Of a DNA stretch of 42,551 nucleotides, positions 1-10,497 are shown piece after piece. The notes beneath the pieces were generated by a model that saw only the letters and a program-made list of their open reading frames with translations, did no database searches and was not told the DNA's origin. Made by a program: the position numbers and the translations under genes. Source of the DNA: Neophaeotheca triangularis. Lineage: Eukaryota. The stretch spans positions 62,001 through 104,551 of the forward strand of contig BAAIJX010000066.1 of assembly GCA_054600435.1 (NCBI GenBank), written 5' to 3'. The number at the start of each line of letters is the position of its first letter. Within the stretch, counting starts at the first letter, position 1.

Positions 1-2
1 GA

Positions 3-1586
3 CGGGCGGATATCAACGCTCAGCTTGAAGTTGATATCTCCTCCAGGCTGACCAAGGAGCAACTAGAAGAGCGGATCTTACTGGCATGGACCATCCTTCG
101 GTGCCAGAAACCAATACTGTTCGGAAAAGCGCTTCTAAATGAGGAGAGAGCACTGGGGAATCCAACAGCGACGTCCAACGTAAGGCTCGTGGTCGACCCT
201 CCTGAGAGTGGCCGAGCGGCCGTAAGTCAAGCTTCTGAGAACGTGGTGTTTCTCGGTGACTACTATGACAAAATTGATGCGAACGATTTCTGGTATCATG
301 CCCAAAACACTGCCAGAGTACTTGACCCTTCGAGAGCACTTTCAAAGCTTTTTGTGCTGCCATTTGCAGGTTTGGCCGCAGGTCGCGGAAGATTACGGTT
401 CTTGATGGTCTTTGCGCACCAGATTGCGGATGGCTTGACGAATTATTCATGCATGCGCACATTCATAAGCCTCTTGAACATGCCATTGGACGAGCTGCGA
501 CGTGGAGTCAACACTGCGAGTAAACTTGAGAGCATTCGCAAGCATCTGCCGCTACCGCAAGAGGCGCATTATCCTCGCATCTCCGGGAGCAAGGCGAAGC
601 AACGTTGGTTTTGGGCCATCACGCGCATCCTGAGACATGTGCGCAAGCCTCTGCCCGCGGCCTTTCCTAATCCACTTCGAAGGAAAGAGCCTCGTGAGGT
701 TGTGCCCCTTTCGCCCGTCTATGCCAAAGCGTTGGATTACAGTCGACCTCCTATGATCAACACTTTCGTCTGCCGGACCCACGTGCCGCCCAGCCATCTT
801 CAACGTCTCCACAGTCTCTGCAAACAAGTCAATGCTACGGTCGGTGCCGGATGCTGGGCTCTTGTCGCCGTCGTGATGATGGAAATGTACGAGCGAAACG
901 AGCCCGAGGTTCCCCTGGCCGAGCGTAAACCCTTCGTTAGCGGCTTTCCACTAAACCCTCGACCGTTCCTCGAGGGTCATATTGAGCTCGATAGCCTGAT
1001 GCTAGCGTTCTGCGATGGCATTGTCCTTCCCTTCCTCCCTTCTAACCTGGACTTCGACTCGAGGATCCGTCTCCTAGCTCGGCAGGCTCAGAGACAGCTA
1101 GCAGCGTATCAAAAGCGGGCCCGGCCCAAGGATGAGGAAGCCCAATTGGACTTTATGAGCAGTCGAGGCGCAGGGCGGGTTATTCCAAACCACTATCTTG
1201 GGTCCGTAGAGCGAGCAGACGCCATGCTGCCCTCGCATCTGCGCAAGGGAGTCGATTTGCAAGGGGAGTATCGCTTGCCAGTTTCGTATGGCCAAACCAA
1301 TGGCATCAGCTCTATCGGTCGCCGCGACGGTTTGATAAATAGTGGCATGTACAACCTCGAGGACTCGAGTAAGGATTTCGTTGCGGATTACAGGTCGCTT
1401 GATATGGCTGTCAGGGCTCGGGCTGGGGAATTCCTCGTTGGAATCAGTGGGGGCTCTGATGGTTTAGGATCTGGCGTCAGTGTGGATATAGGGGTGATGG
1501 ATCCGGTCTTGGTTGAAGAGTGGAAGAAGCGGATGGAGATTATTCTGGAGAGCGATCGGCAAGGTGTATCGAAGGCGAAACTGTAA
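3..1586 (+). CDS. 5'-truncated CoA-dependent acyltransferase-fold (HxxxDG) protein with C-terminal PTS1 (SKAKL*)
   Basis: The frame of ORF 189..1586 is open back to base 3 (RADINAQLEVDISSRLTKEQLEERILLAWTILR...), so the start lies outside the window. AHQIADG matches the HxxxDG motif of CAT/condensation/alcohol-acetyltransferase folds. A late SSIG motif is present, and the protein ends AKL-stop. Confidence 0.7.
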   Translation, partial: RADINAQLEVDISSRLTKEQLEERILLAWTILRCQKPILFGKALLNEERALGNPTATSNVRLVVDPPESGRAAVSQASENVVFLGDYYDKIDANDFWYHAQNTARVLDPSRALSKLFVLPFAGLAAGRGRLRFLMVFAHQIADGLTNYSCMRTFISLLNMPLDELRRGVNTASKLESIRKHLPLPQEAHYPRISGSKAKQRWFWAITRILRHVRKPLPAAFPNPLRRKEPREVVPLSPVYAKALDYSRPPMINTFVCRTHVPPSHLQRLHSLCKQVNATVGAGCWALVAVVMMEMYERNEPEVPLAERKPFVSGFPLNPRPFLEGHIELDSLMLAFCDGIVLPFLPSNLDFDSRIRLLARQAQRQLAAYQKRARPKDEEAQLDFMSSRGAGRVIPNHYLGSVERADAMLPSHLRKGVDLQGEYRLPVSYGQTNGISSIGRRDGLINSGMYNLEDSSKDFVADYRSLDMAVRARAGEFLVGISGGSDGLGSGVSVDIGVMDPVLVEEWKKRMEIILESDRQGVSKAKL

Positions 1587-1673
1587 CAGCCACTTGCGAG
1601 GTTGTCACAGGACAGGTACGCTCTTGAGCAGCAGAAGAAAAAGGGAGGGTAGTTTTGGTGGCTGGTACAAGGT

Positions 1674-1750
1674 GAGTGCAAGAGGCGGATGGACAGTATA
1701 CTGGAGAACGGTCAGCCAGGGGTACCTCATCGAAGGCGAAATGGAAACAG
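1674..1750 (+). repeat. Diverged direct duplicate of the 3' end of the upstream CDS (copy of 1518-1589)
   Basis: 1674-1723 matches 1518-1567 at 40/50 positions by hand count. After a 5-nt insertion, ATCGAAGGCGAAA is identical in both copies. Confidence 0.85.
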
Positions 1751-2078
1751 GAAGCTGTCCTAAAAGAGGTTCGCTTCTGAGTAGGACAAGGAAAGAGGAG
1801 GGAATTCAGGGCGACTGTCACAACGTGACAGTCTTGCAGGTCAAAGAAGGAGCTGCGAAAGGGAGCCTAAGTTGTTGAAACGAGCCTGAGGTCGCCGCCT
1901 ATCCCGCCACCTCACTACACCGGCGACGTCATCGACAAACACCGCCAGCACAAAGGCAAGTCCTCCCAGCGCGATCCCCTAGACCCCTAAACAATTGAGT
2001 CAATATATTTGACCTACGGCCATACCTGCCAGCAAAAAAAGCATGTAATCATGTAGTGTACTCGCTTGATTTCCACTA

Positions 2079-2167
2079 TAATCAAAGATCCGGCCGTGTG
2101 CTTCCTTAGTTCCCACGCTAATCAAAGACTCGGGGGTCCTCTTCTGGGTTATGACCATAATCAAAGA
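2079..2167 (+). repeat. Three copies of TAATCAAAGA at 39-40 bp spacing
   Basis: Exact 10-mer at 2079-2088, 2119-2128 and 2158-2167, separated by largely unrelated ~30 nt spacers. Confidence 0.75.
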
Positions 2168-4715
2168 TGCCAGCAAAAGTACCTGAGTTCAATTCTTGGT
2201 ACTAGAAGTTAAACCAATCCGTAACTGGACGAGTTTAGTTTCCTCCCAGATCCCCCTGGGTGTTCCTTTTTTGCTCTTTTCGAGTATATTAAATGGTGAA
2301 GGGATGAGGTATCTTTACGTTGAGTATTTCTTTTTGCTCACTACTTTTCTCAGTCTTAATATACCAAAGGGTGCACTTCTACTTGCCGCGCCATCAATCC
2401 CCATTACAGTGCTGGCGCGATTCGACTGTGGAGCGGCGTCGCTCGAGTCAGTGGCCCGCCCAAATGCTGAGATGGTGATCGTATTCTACGTGCGCAGAAA
2501 TGGCCTCCAATCTACGATATACGAGTAACAGCGCCGGTTCCACCAACGCAGAATCGCAGACTTCCAGCGGCAGTCAGATCTGATGACGGCGAGTCTTGAG
2601 TCTAGACTCAGTGGCTCCGCAAGCTCTCCGTCGTCTCGAAGAAACCAGTCCCGAAGAGGACATTATTGACTTCTTTGATCCATAGTCGTCAACAGCAATT
2701 TTCCGCTGGGCCTTTTTTTCTTTGCACGTACACTGGTGGACGCTAGCACTAAGAGCTCGGGCTCTTGAGCAGTCTTTTGGGGCTCCAAGGCTCCCCAGAA
2801 TCGTGGCTTCCACATCCCTTTGTGCTTCGCGAGTCGTACCTGGCCTTCACGGTTCAAGTCTTGAAAGCCATGGAACGGGATCATTTCGGGCGGCTCGAGA
2901 TGGTGGCATCAATGCATGTCCAGAGCTATGGTATACGACAGTCTGCAAAATCTGGGCTTAGCACGCGGCAGGTCTTAAGAGTAAGTGAGATGCTCTGGGC
3001 CTCTAGCAGTTCCTTTGTGATTACAACGTAGCGCTAGCTTCTAATCTGCACTGCTTCCACTTCTCAGACTTGTTACTAAGGCATCCCTCCGTTTGCGTGC
3101 TTCTCCCTAGCGAGTCCGTGGCTAATCGAAAGCAAGCACACTACTTCACTGTCGCACCAAATCCGGATCGTGTCCACGCGGCCGAATGAATATTCTGCTT
3201 CCCTTCAAAGGCGAGGTATGACACTCCTCCAGAACATTGACTCACGCAGTCGCACGCATTATATGACAGTCTTCTCGGCTTGCTGCCGCCCGAATCTCCT
3301 CCGAAGTCAGTTTCCCTGCCAATCTCAAGAGCGGGTCGATCAGTGCGACCAGCGTTATCACTACCCTATCATGCACTCCTCTTTGCTCACAGCGCCTTCC
3401 CTTTCTTCCATTTCCCTCCGAATTACGTCTGCTTTCTCAAGAACCCCCCCCCCCCTCCCCTTCCGCGCCTTTACCTCGAGCTGTTCTTGTTCACGGCGTT
3501 CCTGGGCGACCACAGTCTTGGTCACTTCTGGTCTCCGAACCTTTGCTTGCTGCGTCTTGCCTGGATTGGTCTTTTGGCCGTACCAGAACTCACGCAAGTC
3601 ATGAGGCATGCTAACCTGAATCAAAGGCGACATCGCTGAGGATGAGGCCGATTACTCAGGGGCCAGGGTATGTTTGCAGAATGCCGCTAGCCCGGTGGGG
3701 TTTTCAGAAGAAAACAGCTGCGTCCACACCCGGACACGCTCTCACCATGTGGAAGCTGTCTTGATCAAGTTTGTCTACCCCGGATGCTAGCACCCGCTTG
3801 CTTGGCTAGATGCCCTGAGCTGTGCGGAATTCAAAGGTGTTGTCCTTTGCGTTTGCCATGCCCCTTCATGCGAAATGCAGTGGAAGCAAGTACAAAGAGT
3901 ACTATGCAGTGTCGCGGCCCTATACCAGCAGTAATGCACTATTGTGGTCTTTGTGTTGCGCCGGAGAGTGGGCAAGGTGACTGCAATGGGGCCGTAGTAC
4001 CTTAAGACGCTGTTCATTCGTACCGAGTCCTCGTAGTAACGAGAATAGCGTTCGGAGGGCCCGCTTATCCGGATAGGCTAGATGTAATCCACGATAGGTG
4101 TTGGATGGAACTGCATTTTCTCAATCGACAAGAAATGTTCTGTGAAGCCACAGTGCGGTATGTATGGACGGAAAGCATACGGCTCACGTGGAAAGAGAAG
4201 AAACAAGAGAAAGGCCCTGGAGGAACTTGCTCTATAGCCAGTTACATACACTACACATCCCGAAGGCCATACATACCTAGGTAAACTTTGGCGATCGCAC
4301 TTGAACATTTTTCAGATCTTCGAATCCCAAGCGTCCAATGTTTGGTGGGAACCGCAGGAGGGAGTGCGGATAACTCTTGGTTGCAGTGAAAATGTAAGAG
4401 GGGCATTTGGCATACCTAGCCTCATCATTCCAGCACTCTTACCGTTCATCGCTTGTCAATGCGGATGCGAAGAGCACAACCAAAAGACGGGAGTGCTCCG
4501 GTAATTTTAACGATTACGATCATTTTGGCTGATGTTGATGTTCAAGTTGCAGGGTCGAGCGGAAGGCGTGTTGCGATGTCGTTGAGATTGTGCCAAGACC
4601 GAGGTTGTGAACGGATCGTCAACGAGCTGCTCTTTAACCTGAGGTACGACGCTCTCTCCATTACGTTACTTATGCTTCTTGCAGACATCGACTTCATCAA
4701 GGAACCTATGTTACG

Positions 4716-5561
4716 ATGTCGGGCTTTTCGGACGACGTTGCAGCAATCTGCCACGAGATACAGGCCAAGTACTCGGCCTGCGATGTACGCTTCGTTCTCC
4801 GTTGAGACCTAGCCATAGAACTGATCACAAACACGAGGTAGGTATCCGATGCCTTATTGAAACTAAAAGTACCTGCTGCAGGCTTTCTGCCGGACATTTG
4901 TACGCTTACGACTGTCTTTTGACGTTTGTAGAGAAATCAAATACTCACCCCGAAGATAGTACCGGCAACAGACTCAACATCGAAGCAGACCTTCGTAGCG
5001 CCCGTCAGCACCGTCCTCTTCGTGCCTAAATCTCACGAGGCCGGATCTTCCTATCCTAACCGCAATGTTCCAAGCGAGTCCAACTTGCCAGAGGGCTCTC
5101 ATTGGACTGACTGCCCAACTCCCGGCAGCATAGTCTTGATCCAGCAACCCGACAACCAAGTCTGCGCGATCCTGGGTGATATCCTAGCAACTCGCCTCAA
5201 AGTCCGCGGTACGCGCGGAGTGATCGCCGACGGCAGAATCAGAGATATAGCAGCGATATCCGAGCTCTGCGATGACGGGGCTTTCACTGTCTGGTCTAAG
5301 GGGACGAGCACCGTAGGCACTGGACTTGAAGCGAAAGCGTGGGCATGCGATGTTCCCCTCTTTGTTGGGAGGAGTGAAGTCAGAGCTGGCGATGTCTTGA
5401 TCGCGGATCAGTCTGAGCGTGGCATTGTTGTCATTCCTCAGGCAAAGTTGCAGGAGGTTATGAGCTTGCTGCCGAGCTTGAAGGAGGCTGACGACAAGGT
5501 TGTCGCCGACGTGCAGAATGGGGTGGCGGTTACTGAAGCATTCAGGAGGCATAGAGGTTGA
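4716..5561 (+). CDS. RraA-like / 4-hydroxy-4-methyl-2-oxoglutarate aldolase family protein (3 exons)
   Basis: Exons 4716-4784, 4842-4899 and 4960-5561 (GTACGC...TAG introns) give MSGFSDD...KYSACD|VSDALLKLKVPAAGFLPDI|LPA...APVSTVLFVPK. Family motifs: GDILATRLKVRGTRGVIADGRIRD and VRAGDVLIAD. Confidence 0.85.
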
Positions 5562-5737
5562 TATCAAGTACATCGAGTCGTTCTCTCAAACCGCGTCATA
5601 TTCGCTGAACCTCACTCTATCCTTGAATGGACTAGCGTGAATTGTTAAGCGAGAACTCAATCGCCAAGTGAAGTTCGCCCGACTTGCGGAGGTGTCGTCT
5701 GTGCTTCGTTTCTTTCACATGATGTAACATGCCAGAC

Positions 5738-5753
5738 GCCTCGGTACCGAGGC
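5738..5753. promoter_or_regulatory. Perfect 16-bp palindrome of two inverted CCTCGG (FarA/FarB/Ctf1-type) sites upstream of thiolase
   Basis: GCCTCGGTACCGAGGC lies about 180 bp before the thiolase ATG. CCTCGG is the established FarA/FarB fatty-acid response core. Confidence 0.75.
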
Positions 5754-5934
5754 CGTCGTCTCCCGACTCGGAATGTCACGAGCTCTAAACGACGACAACG
5801 ACTTCTGGGTAGGTGTAAAAGTGTAGGCCTCTGCTTTCTTATTATACAACTCTCCGCCTCCTCTACATCTCCGTTCCTGCCTGAACTCCTCATTCCTAAT
5901 TACCCAATCTACCACACCAGTCCATTTAGCAATC

Positions 5935-7200
5935 ATGGCCAACCAGTCCAACATGCAAGCCGCCCGCGAGCGCCTCTCAGTCGTCACTAACCAGCTCTCT
6001 CCCTCCGGCAAGCCCGGCCTCACCGAGAAGCACCCCGACGACGTCGTTGTGACCACTGCCCTCCGCACAGCTCTGACCAAAGGCGGCAAGGGCGGATTTA
6101 AAGACACCCACTCCGCAGACCTCCTCCACGGCGCCTTCACCGCTCTCATCCAGCGCTCCGGCATCGACCCCAAACTCGTCGAAGACATCGCCGTCGGCAA
6201 CGTCCTCAACCCCGGTGGCGGCGCTACCGAGTTCCGCGCCGCAGCCCTCGCCGCAGGCTTCCCAGACTCTACCGGTGTCAAGAGCTTGAATAGACAATGC
6301 TCCAGCGGTCTCCAAGCATGTGTGGACATTGCCAACGCAATCCGCAGCGGCATGATCGACATCGGCGTCGGCGCCGGCGTTGAGAGCATGAGCACGCAAT
6401 ACGGGCCGGGAGCCGTCAACGAGTTCTCGGACTTGCTACAAGAGCACAAGGGCGCGGCCGAGTGCAAGGTCCCCATGGGTGCGCTCTCGGAGCAAATGGC
6501 CAAGGACCGCAACATTCCCCGTGCCGATCAGGACAAGTTTGCTGCCGAGTCTTATGCCAAAGCTATTCAGGCGCAGAAGCAAGGCTTGTTTGATGAGGAG
6601 ATTGCGCCTTTGACGGTCAAGTGGACCGACCCCAAAACTGAGGAGGAGAAGACTATTACCGTCTCGAAAGATGATGGCCTGAGGGAGGTTACGGCGGAGA
6701 GCTTGGGCAAGATCCGCCCGGCTTTTGCCAAAGACGGCTCGATACACGCGGGTAACGCCTCGCAAATCAGCGATGGCGCGGCGGCCGTGCTTCTCATGAA
6801 ACGCAAGACGGCCGAGAAGCTCGGGCTGAGCATCATGGGCAAGTACGTCGCGGCCTCCATCGTCGGCGTGCCGCCGCTCTTGATGGGCATAGGGCCCTGG
6901 AAGGCGATCCCCGTCGCTCTCGAGAAAGCCGGCATCAGCAAAGACGACGTGGACATTTTCGAGATCAACGAGGCCTTTGCCAGCCAGTGCTTGTGGTGTG
7001 CCAACGAGCTGGGGCTGGACCAGAAGAAGATCAATCCCAAGGGTGGCGCGATTGCTTTTGGTCATCCGCTGGGATGCACAGGTGCGAGACAGGTTAGCAC
7101 GCTGCTGTATGAGTTGAAGAGGACGAAGAAGAGCGTTGGTGTTACGAGCATGTGTGTGGGAACGGGTATGGGTATGGCGGCTGTGTGGGTGGCCGAATAA
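5935..7200 (+). CDS. POT1: Peroxisomal 3-ketoacyl-CoA thiolase, intronless
   Basis: 421 aa. Thiolase motifs NRQCSSGLQA, EINEAFA, GHPLGCTGAR and SMCVGTGMG. N-terminal PTS2 RLSVVTNQL (RL-x5-QL). Confidence 0.96.
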   Translation: MANQSNMQAARERLSVVTNQLSPSGKPGLTEKHPDDVVVTTALRTALTKGGKGGFKDTHSADLLHGAFTALIQRSGIDPKLVEDIAVGNVLNPGGGATEFRAAALAAGFPDSTGVKSLNRQCSSGLQACVDIANAIRSGMIDIGVGAGVESMSTQYGPGAVNEFSDLLQEHKGAAECKVPMGALSEQMAKDRNIPRADQDKFAAESYAKAIQAQKQGLFDEEIAPLTVKWTDPKTEEEKTITVSKDDGLREVTAESLGKIRPAFAKDGSIHAGNASQISDGAAAVLLMKRKTAEKLGLSIMGKYVAASIVGVPPLLMGIGPWKAIPVALEKAGISKDDVDIFEINEAFASQCLWCANELGLDQKKINPKGGAIAFGHPLGCTGARQVSTLLYELKRTKKSVGVTSMCVGTGMGMAAVWVAE

Positions 7201-8199
7201 ATTGATAGCGTTGTTTTATTATTGAGCTCTTGTAATGATATGGATCTGTAACCTTCCACAATCTTCGTCTCGTGGCTTGTGATGCTCAAATGTGGTACGA
7301 TGTCAAGTGCAATACTTGGATTCCATGTTGCACCAGCTTTTGTCAATGGCAGTGGACTTCAACGAGAGAGATGATCGCATGTCAAAGATACTTATATAGG
7401 TACTATGTAATAAGCTTTGGGCACTTGTGAAACAGATAGACCGAGGCCTCGTCGCTTCTGTAAGTTCTAGCTCGATCGCGTATCACTTGATGAAAGAACT
7501 TCATTGACAAGGCTGACTGTCTACTCAAGGAGCAGGTAAACCGTAGACAGGAGGCGGTAGCTGTCTTGGTATCAGCCTCACCGCCCTTGAGTTGGTGGCC
7601 CCTTTACTTCTAAACCCAAATATCAGGCTTTGCTGCGAGATGTTGCCATGCCCTGAGACTCGCCTATCTTGTGGAGGATTGAGTGAGAATCGAGATCATT
7701 GCATGCCTAAAAATTAGGAAACTCAGGCCGGTCTAGACATGTCAGTGAAGTGCCTGGAAGTTGGATATGGCTTGGCATTGGACGTTTCTGGCATCTGCGC
7801 TTCCATTTCCCCAGAAACGTCGACAAGCCCACGTGCAGTAGTAATAACGTGGAACCTTGCTTACCGTATAATAAGCCCCTCGCCCACGCCGCCCCCACTT
7901 GATTGAGCTCAGCAGCAGAGCAGCTTCAGCAGGGAAAGCTGCAGGTGGTCTTGGTTGTACTCAACCTTTTGTTACCTTCTTCCACTCTCCACTATCTCTG
8001 TCTCTTCATTCGCTTATTACACATCTGATGCACCACCTGAGTTCCTATCTAGCCACCTACAAGCACGCATAGCTGCCCTGCTTTCCCGAAACCCAGCATT
8101 CGCCAAAGGACAAGGCTCGAGCAAGAATTGCCGACATTGTTATGCCGCACCTTGCCTGATATCTAGCTCAGTCCATCTACCTCCCTCGTCGCCGGCACC

Positions 8200-10497
8200 A
8201 TGCCCGTCCATAACCCCAACTCGGTGCGAGACCATTTCGTCTACGATGCCTTCCTCTGGTTCTGGACCATCATTGTCGACCTCTTCTTCCGCGAGATCCA
8301 CCCCCGTAGTTCCTGGAAGGTCCCTCGCTCCGGACCCGTCATCTTCGTCGCCGCCCCTCATGCCAATCAATTTGTGGACCCGCTGATCTTGATGCGAACG
8401 GTGAGGCAGGATGCACGTCGACGGATTGCTTTCTTGATTGCGGAAAAGTCTATGAGGAGGAAGTTTATTGGTTGGGGTGCGCGCTTGGTGGGGAGTGTGA
8501 GTGTGGGCAGGGCCTTGGACAGCAAGAAGCCCGCGAAAGGGCTTGTGTATCTGCCGGACCCCGAGGGCGACCCTGCCTTGCTGAAGGGCAAGGGGACGAA
8601 TTTCACGGATGAGAAACAGTATCAGGTCGGCGGGTTGATTGTGCTGCCGAGTGTCAACAACCAGGCTGCAAACGCGGAGATCGCAGAGATCATCGGTCCG
8701 GAGGAGTTGCGGTTGAAGAAGCCCTTCAAGGGCCAAGTGGCCTACAAGCAGCTCACAGGCAAGGGCCCCGGTAAGGGCAATGGCAAAATGCTGGAGGGTA
8801 CGGTCGGAGAGAATGAGGAAGATTTCGAAGGCACAAAGTTCGATGCCGCGCCGCACGTCGACCAAAGTGCTGTCTACGACGCTGTTTTTGAACACATTAA
8901 GGAGGGTGGATGTATCGGAATCTTCCCAGAGGGTGGCAGTCACGATCGTACAGAGCTGCTCCCCCTCAAAGCTGGCTTGGCCATCATGGCGCTCGGTGCG
9001 TTGGCGCAGGATCCAAACTGCGGCGTCACCATTGTACCCGTTGGAATGAATTACTTCCATGCGCACAAATTCAGATCAAGGGCTGTCATCGAGTTTGGTA
9101 GTCCTGTTTCCATTGAGCCCGAGCTGGTCGAAATGTACAAGTCTGGCAATCGCAGGGATGCCATAGCTGCGGTCCTCCAGACGGTATATGATGCCTTGGT
9201 CGCCGTGACCGTGACAAGTCCAGACTACGACACGCTGATGTTGATACAAGCTGTGCGTCGACTGTACAACCCAAAGGGCAAGAAACTACCACTACCAATG
9301 ATCGTCGAGCTCAACAGGCGGCTGGTCAAAGGGTACCAAACGTACAAGGATGACCCACGCATCATCAACTTGAAGAAGGCTGTGCTGGATTACAATCGCC
9401 AGCTCTTCCGTCTAGGCATTCGGGATCACCAGTTGTCCTACGCAAAGTTCAGCTGGTACAAAGTCGTTCTCACGCTCATCTATCGCGTCGGCAAGCTGCT
9501 CATGCTCTCGGCAGGCGTTCTGCCAGGCCTTGTACTCTTCGCACCTGTCTTCATAGTCGGTAAGATGATGTCTATCAAGAAGGCCCGAGAAGCGCTCGCA
9601 GCCAGCAGTGTAAAAGTACAAGCGCGAGACGTGATGGCCACCTGGAAAATCCTCATCTCTCTGGCGTTCGCTCCGACCCTCTACACCTTCTACACAGTCC
9701 TTCTGACATGGTGGACCTACCGCAACCGTGTGGGTGGCCGCGTGCCAGATTACATACCCATCTGGCTTATCCCGGTCTTCGGCTACATCTTCTTCCCCGC
9801 CATAACATTCGCAGCCCTCCGCTTTGGCGAAATTGGCATGGACATTTTCAAATCGCTCCGCCCACTCGTCCTTTCCCTCAACCCGAGCTCCAGCAACTCG
9901 CTCGTCAAACTCCGCGCCCGTCGCGAATGGCTCGTCGAAAACGTCACCGATCTCATCAATGAGCTCGGCCCGGAACTATTCCCCGACTTCGACCACCAAC
10001 GCATCGTCAGCGACCCGAACCACCCCTTACACTCCCCCTCCATCTCCCCCTACCCAGGTACCCCAAGCCACAAACGCGACGGCAGCGGCTCCAACGATCT
10101 CGACTACCTGCGCTTCACCCCTGCCAGCCCGGAAGAAAAACGACCCGCCCCCGCCAAGAGCAATCTGCCTCGCAACGACAGTTTCAAAAACATTGGCAAT
10201 GTCGGACTTTTCGCCAGTCGTCCCGGCTCGCCGAACCGTAGCCGTAGCCGCAGCCGCACCAACAGCTCCGACGGCATGGCAATGAGCGCTCTGCGCAGCC
10301 TGACTTCCACCACTAGCGCCGACACCGCGAGGGCTTCGGGCGGCGACAAGGCGGACATGGATGAGGTGAGTCGGAAGATTCAGAGCGCGATGCGTGAGCG
10401 AGGTAGGAGGAGGAATAGCGAGATGGCGGGCGGGGAGGCTGTGGAGGAGGATGGGGAAGAAGAGGGCACCGGTGAGGAGGACAAGAAGGCGGTTTGA
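8200..10497 (+). CDS. SCT1: Glycerol-3-phosphate / DHAP O-acyltransferase (SCT1/GPT2 family)
   Basis: 765 aa. Motif I APHANQFVDP, motif III IFPEGGSHDR, IVPVGMNYF, C-terminal transmembrane helices and a Ser/Arg-rich tail. Confidence 0.93.
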   Translation: MPVHNPNSVRDHFVYDAFLWFWTIIVDLFFREIHPRSSWKVPRSGPVIFVAAPHANQFVDPLILMRTVRQDARRRIAFLIAEKSMRRKFIGWGARLVGSVSVGRALDSKKPAKGLVYLPDPEGDPALLKGKGTNFTDEKQYQVGGLIVLPSVNNQAANAEIAEIIGPEELRLKKPFKGQVAYKQLTGKGPGKGNGKMLEGTVGENEEDFEGTKFDAAPHVDQSAVYDAVFEHIKEGGCIGIFPEGGSHDRTELLPLKAGLAIMALGALAQDPNCGVTIVPVGMNYFHAHKFRSRAVIEFGSPVSIEPELVEMYKSGNRRDAIAAVLQTVYDALVAVTVTSPDYDTLMLIQAVRRLYNPKGKKLPLPMIVELNRRLVKGYQTYKDDPRIINLKKAVLDYNRQLFRLGIRDHQLSYAKFSWYKVVLTLIYRVGKLLMLSAGVLPGLVLFAPVFIVGKMMSIKKAREALAASSVKVQARDVMATWKILISLAFAPTLYTFYTVLLTWWTYRNRVGGRVPDYIPIWLIPVFGYIFFPAITFAALRFGEIGMDIFKSLRPLVLSLNPSSSNSLVKLRARREWLVENVTDLINELGPELFPDFDHQRIVSDPNHPLHSPSISPYPGTPSHKRDGSGSNDLDYLRFTPASPEEKRPAPAKSNLPRNDSFKNIGNVGLFASRPGSPNRSRSRSRTNSSDGMAMSALRSLTSTTSADTARASGGDKADMDEVSRKIQSAMRERGRRRNSEMAGGEAVEEDGEEEGTGEEDKKAV

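Noticed and set aside
2012..2026. ACCTACGGCCATACC resembles the 5' end of a 5S rRNA
   Set aside because: The following ~100 nt show no 5S internal control boxes or complementary 3' end.
2079..2167. CRISPR-like repeat-spacer pattern
   Set aside because: Repeats are only 10 bp, non-palindromic and three copies; there are no cas genes and the context is eukaryotic.
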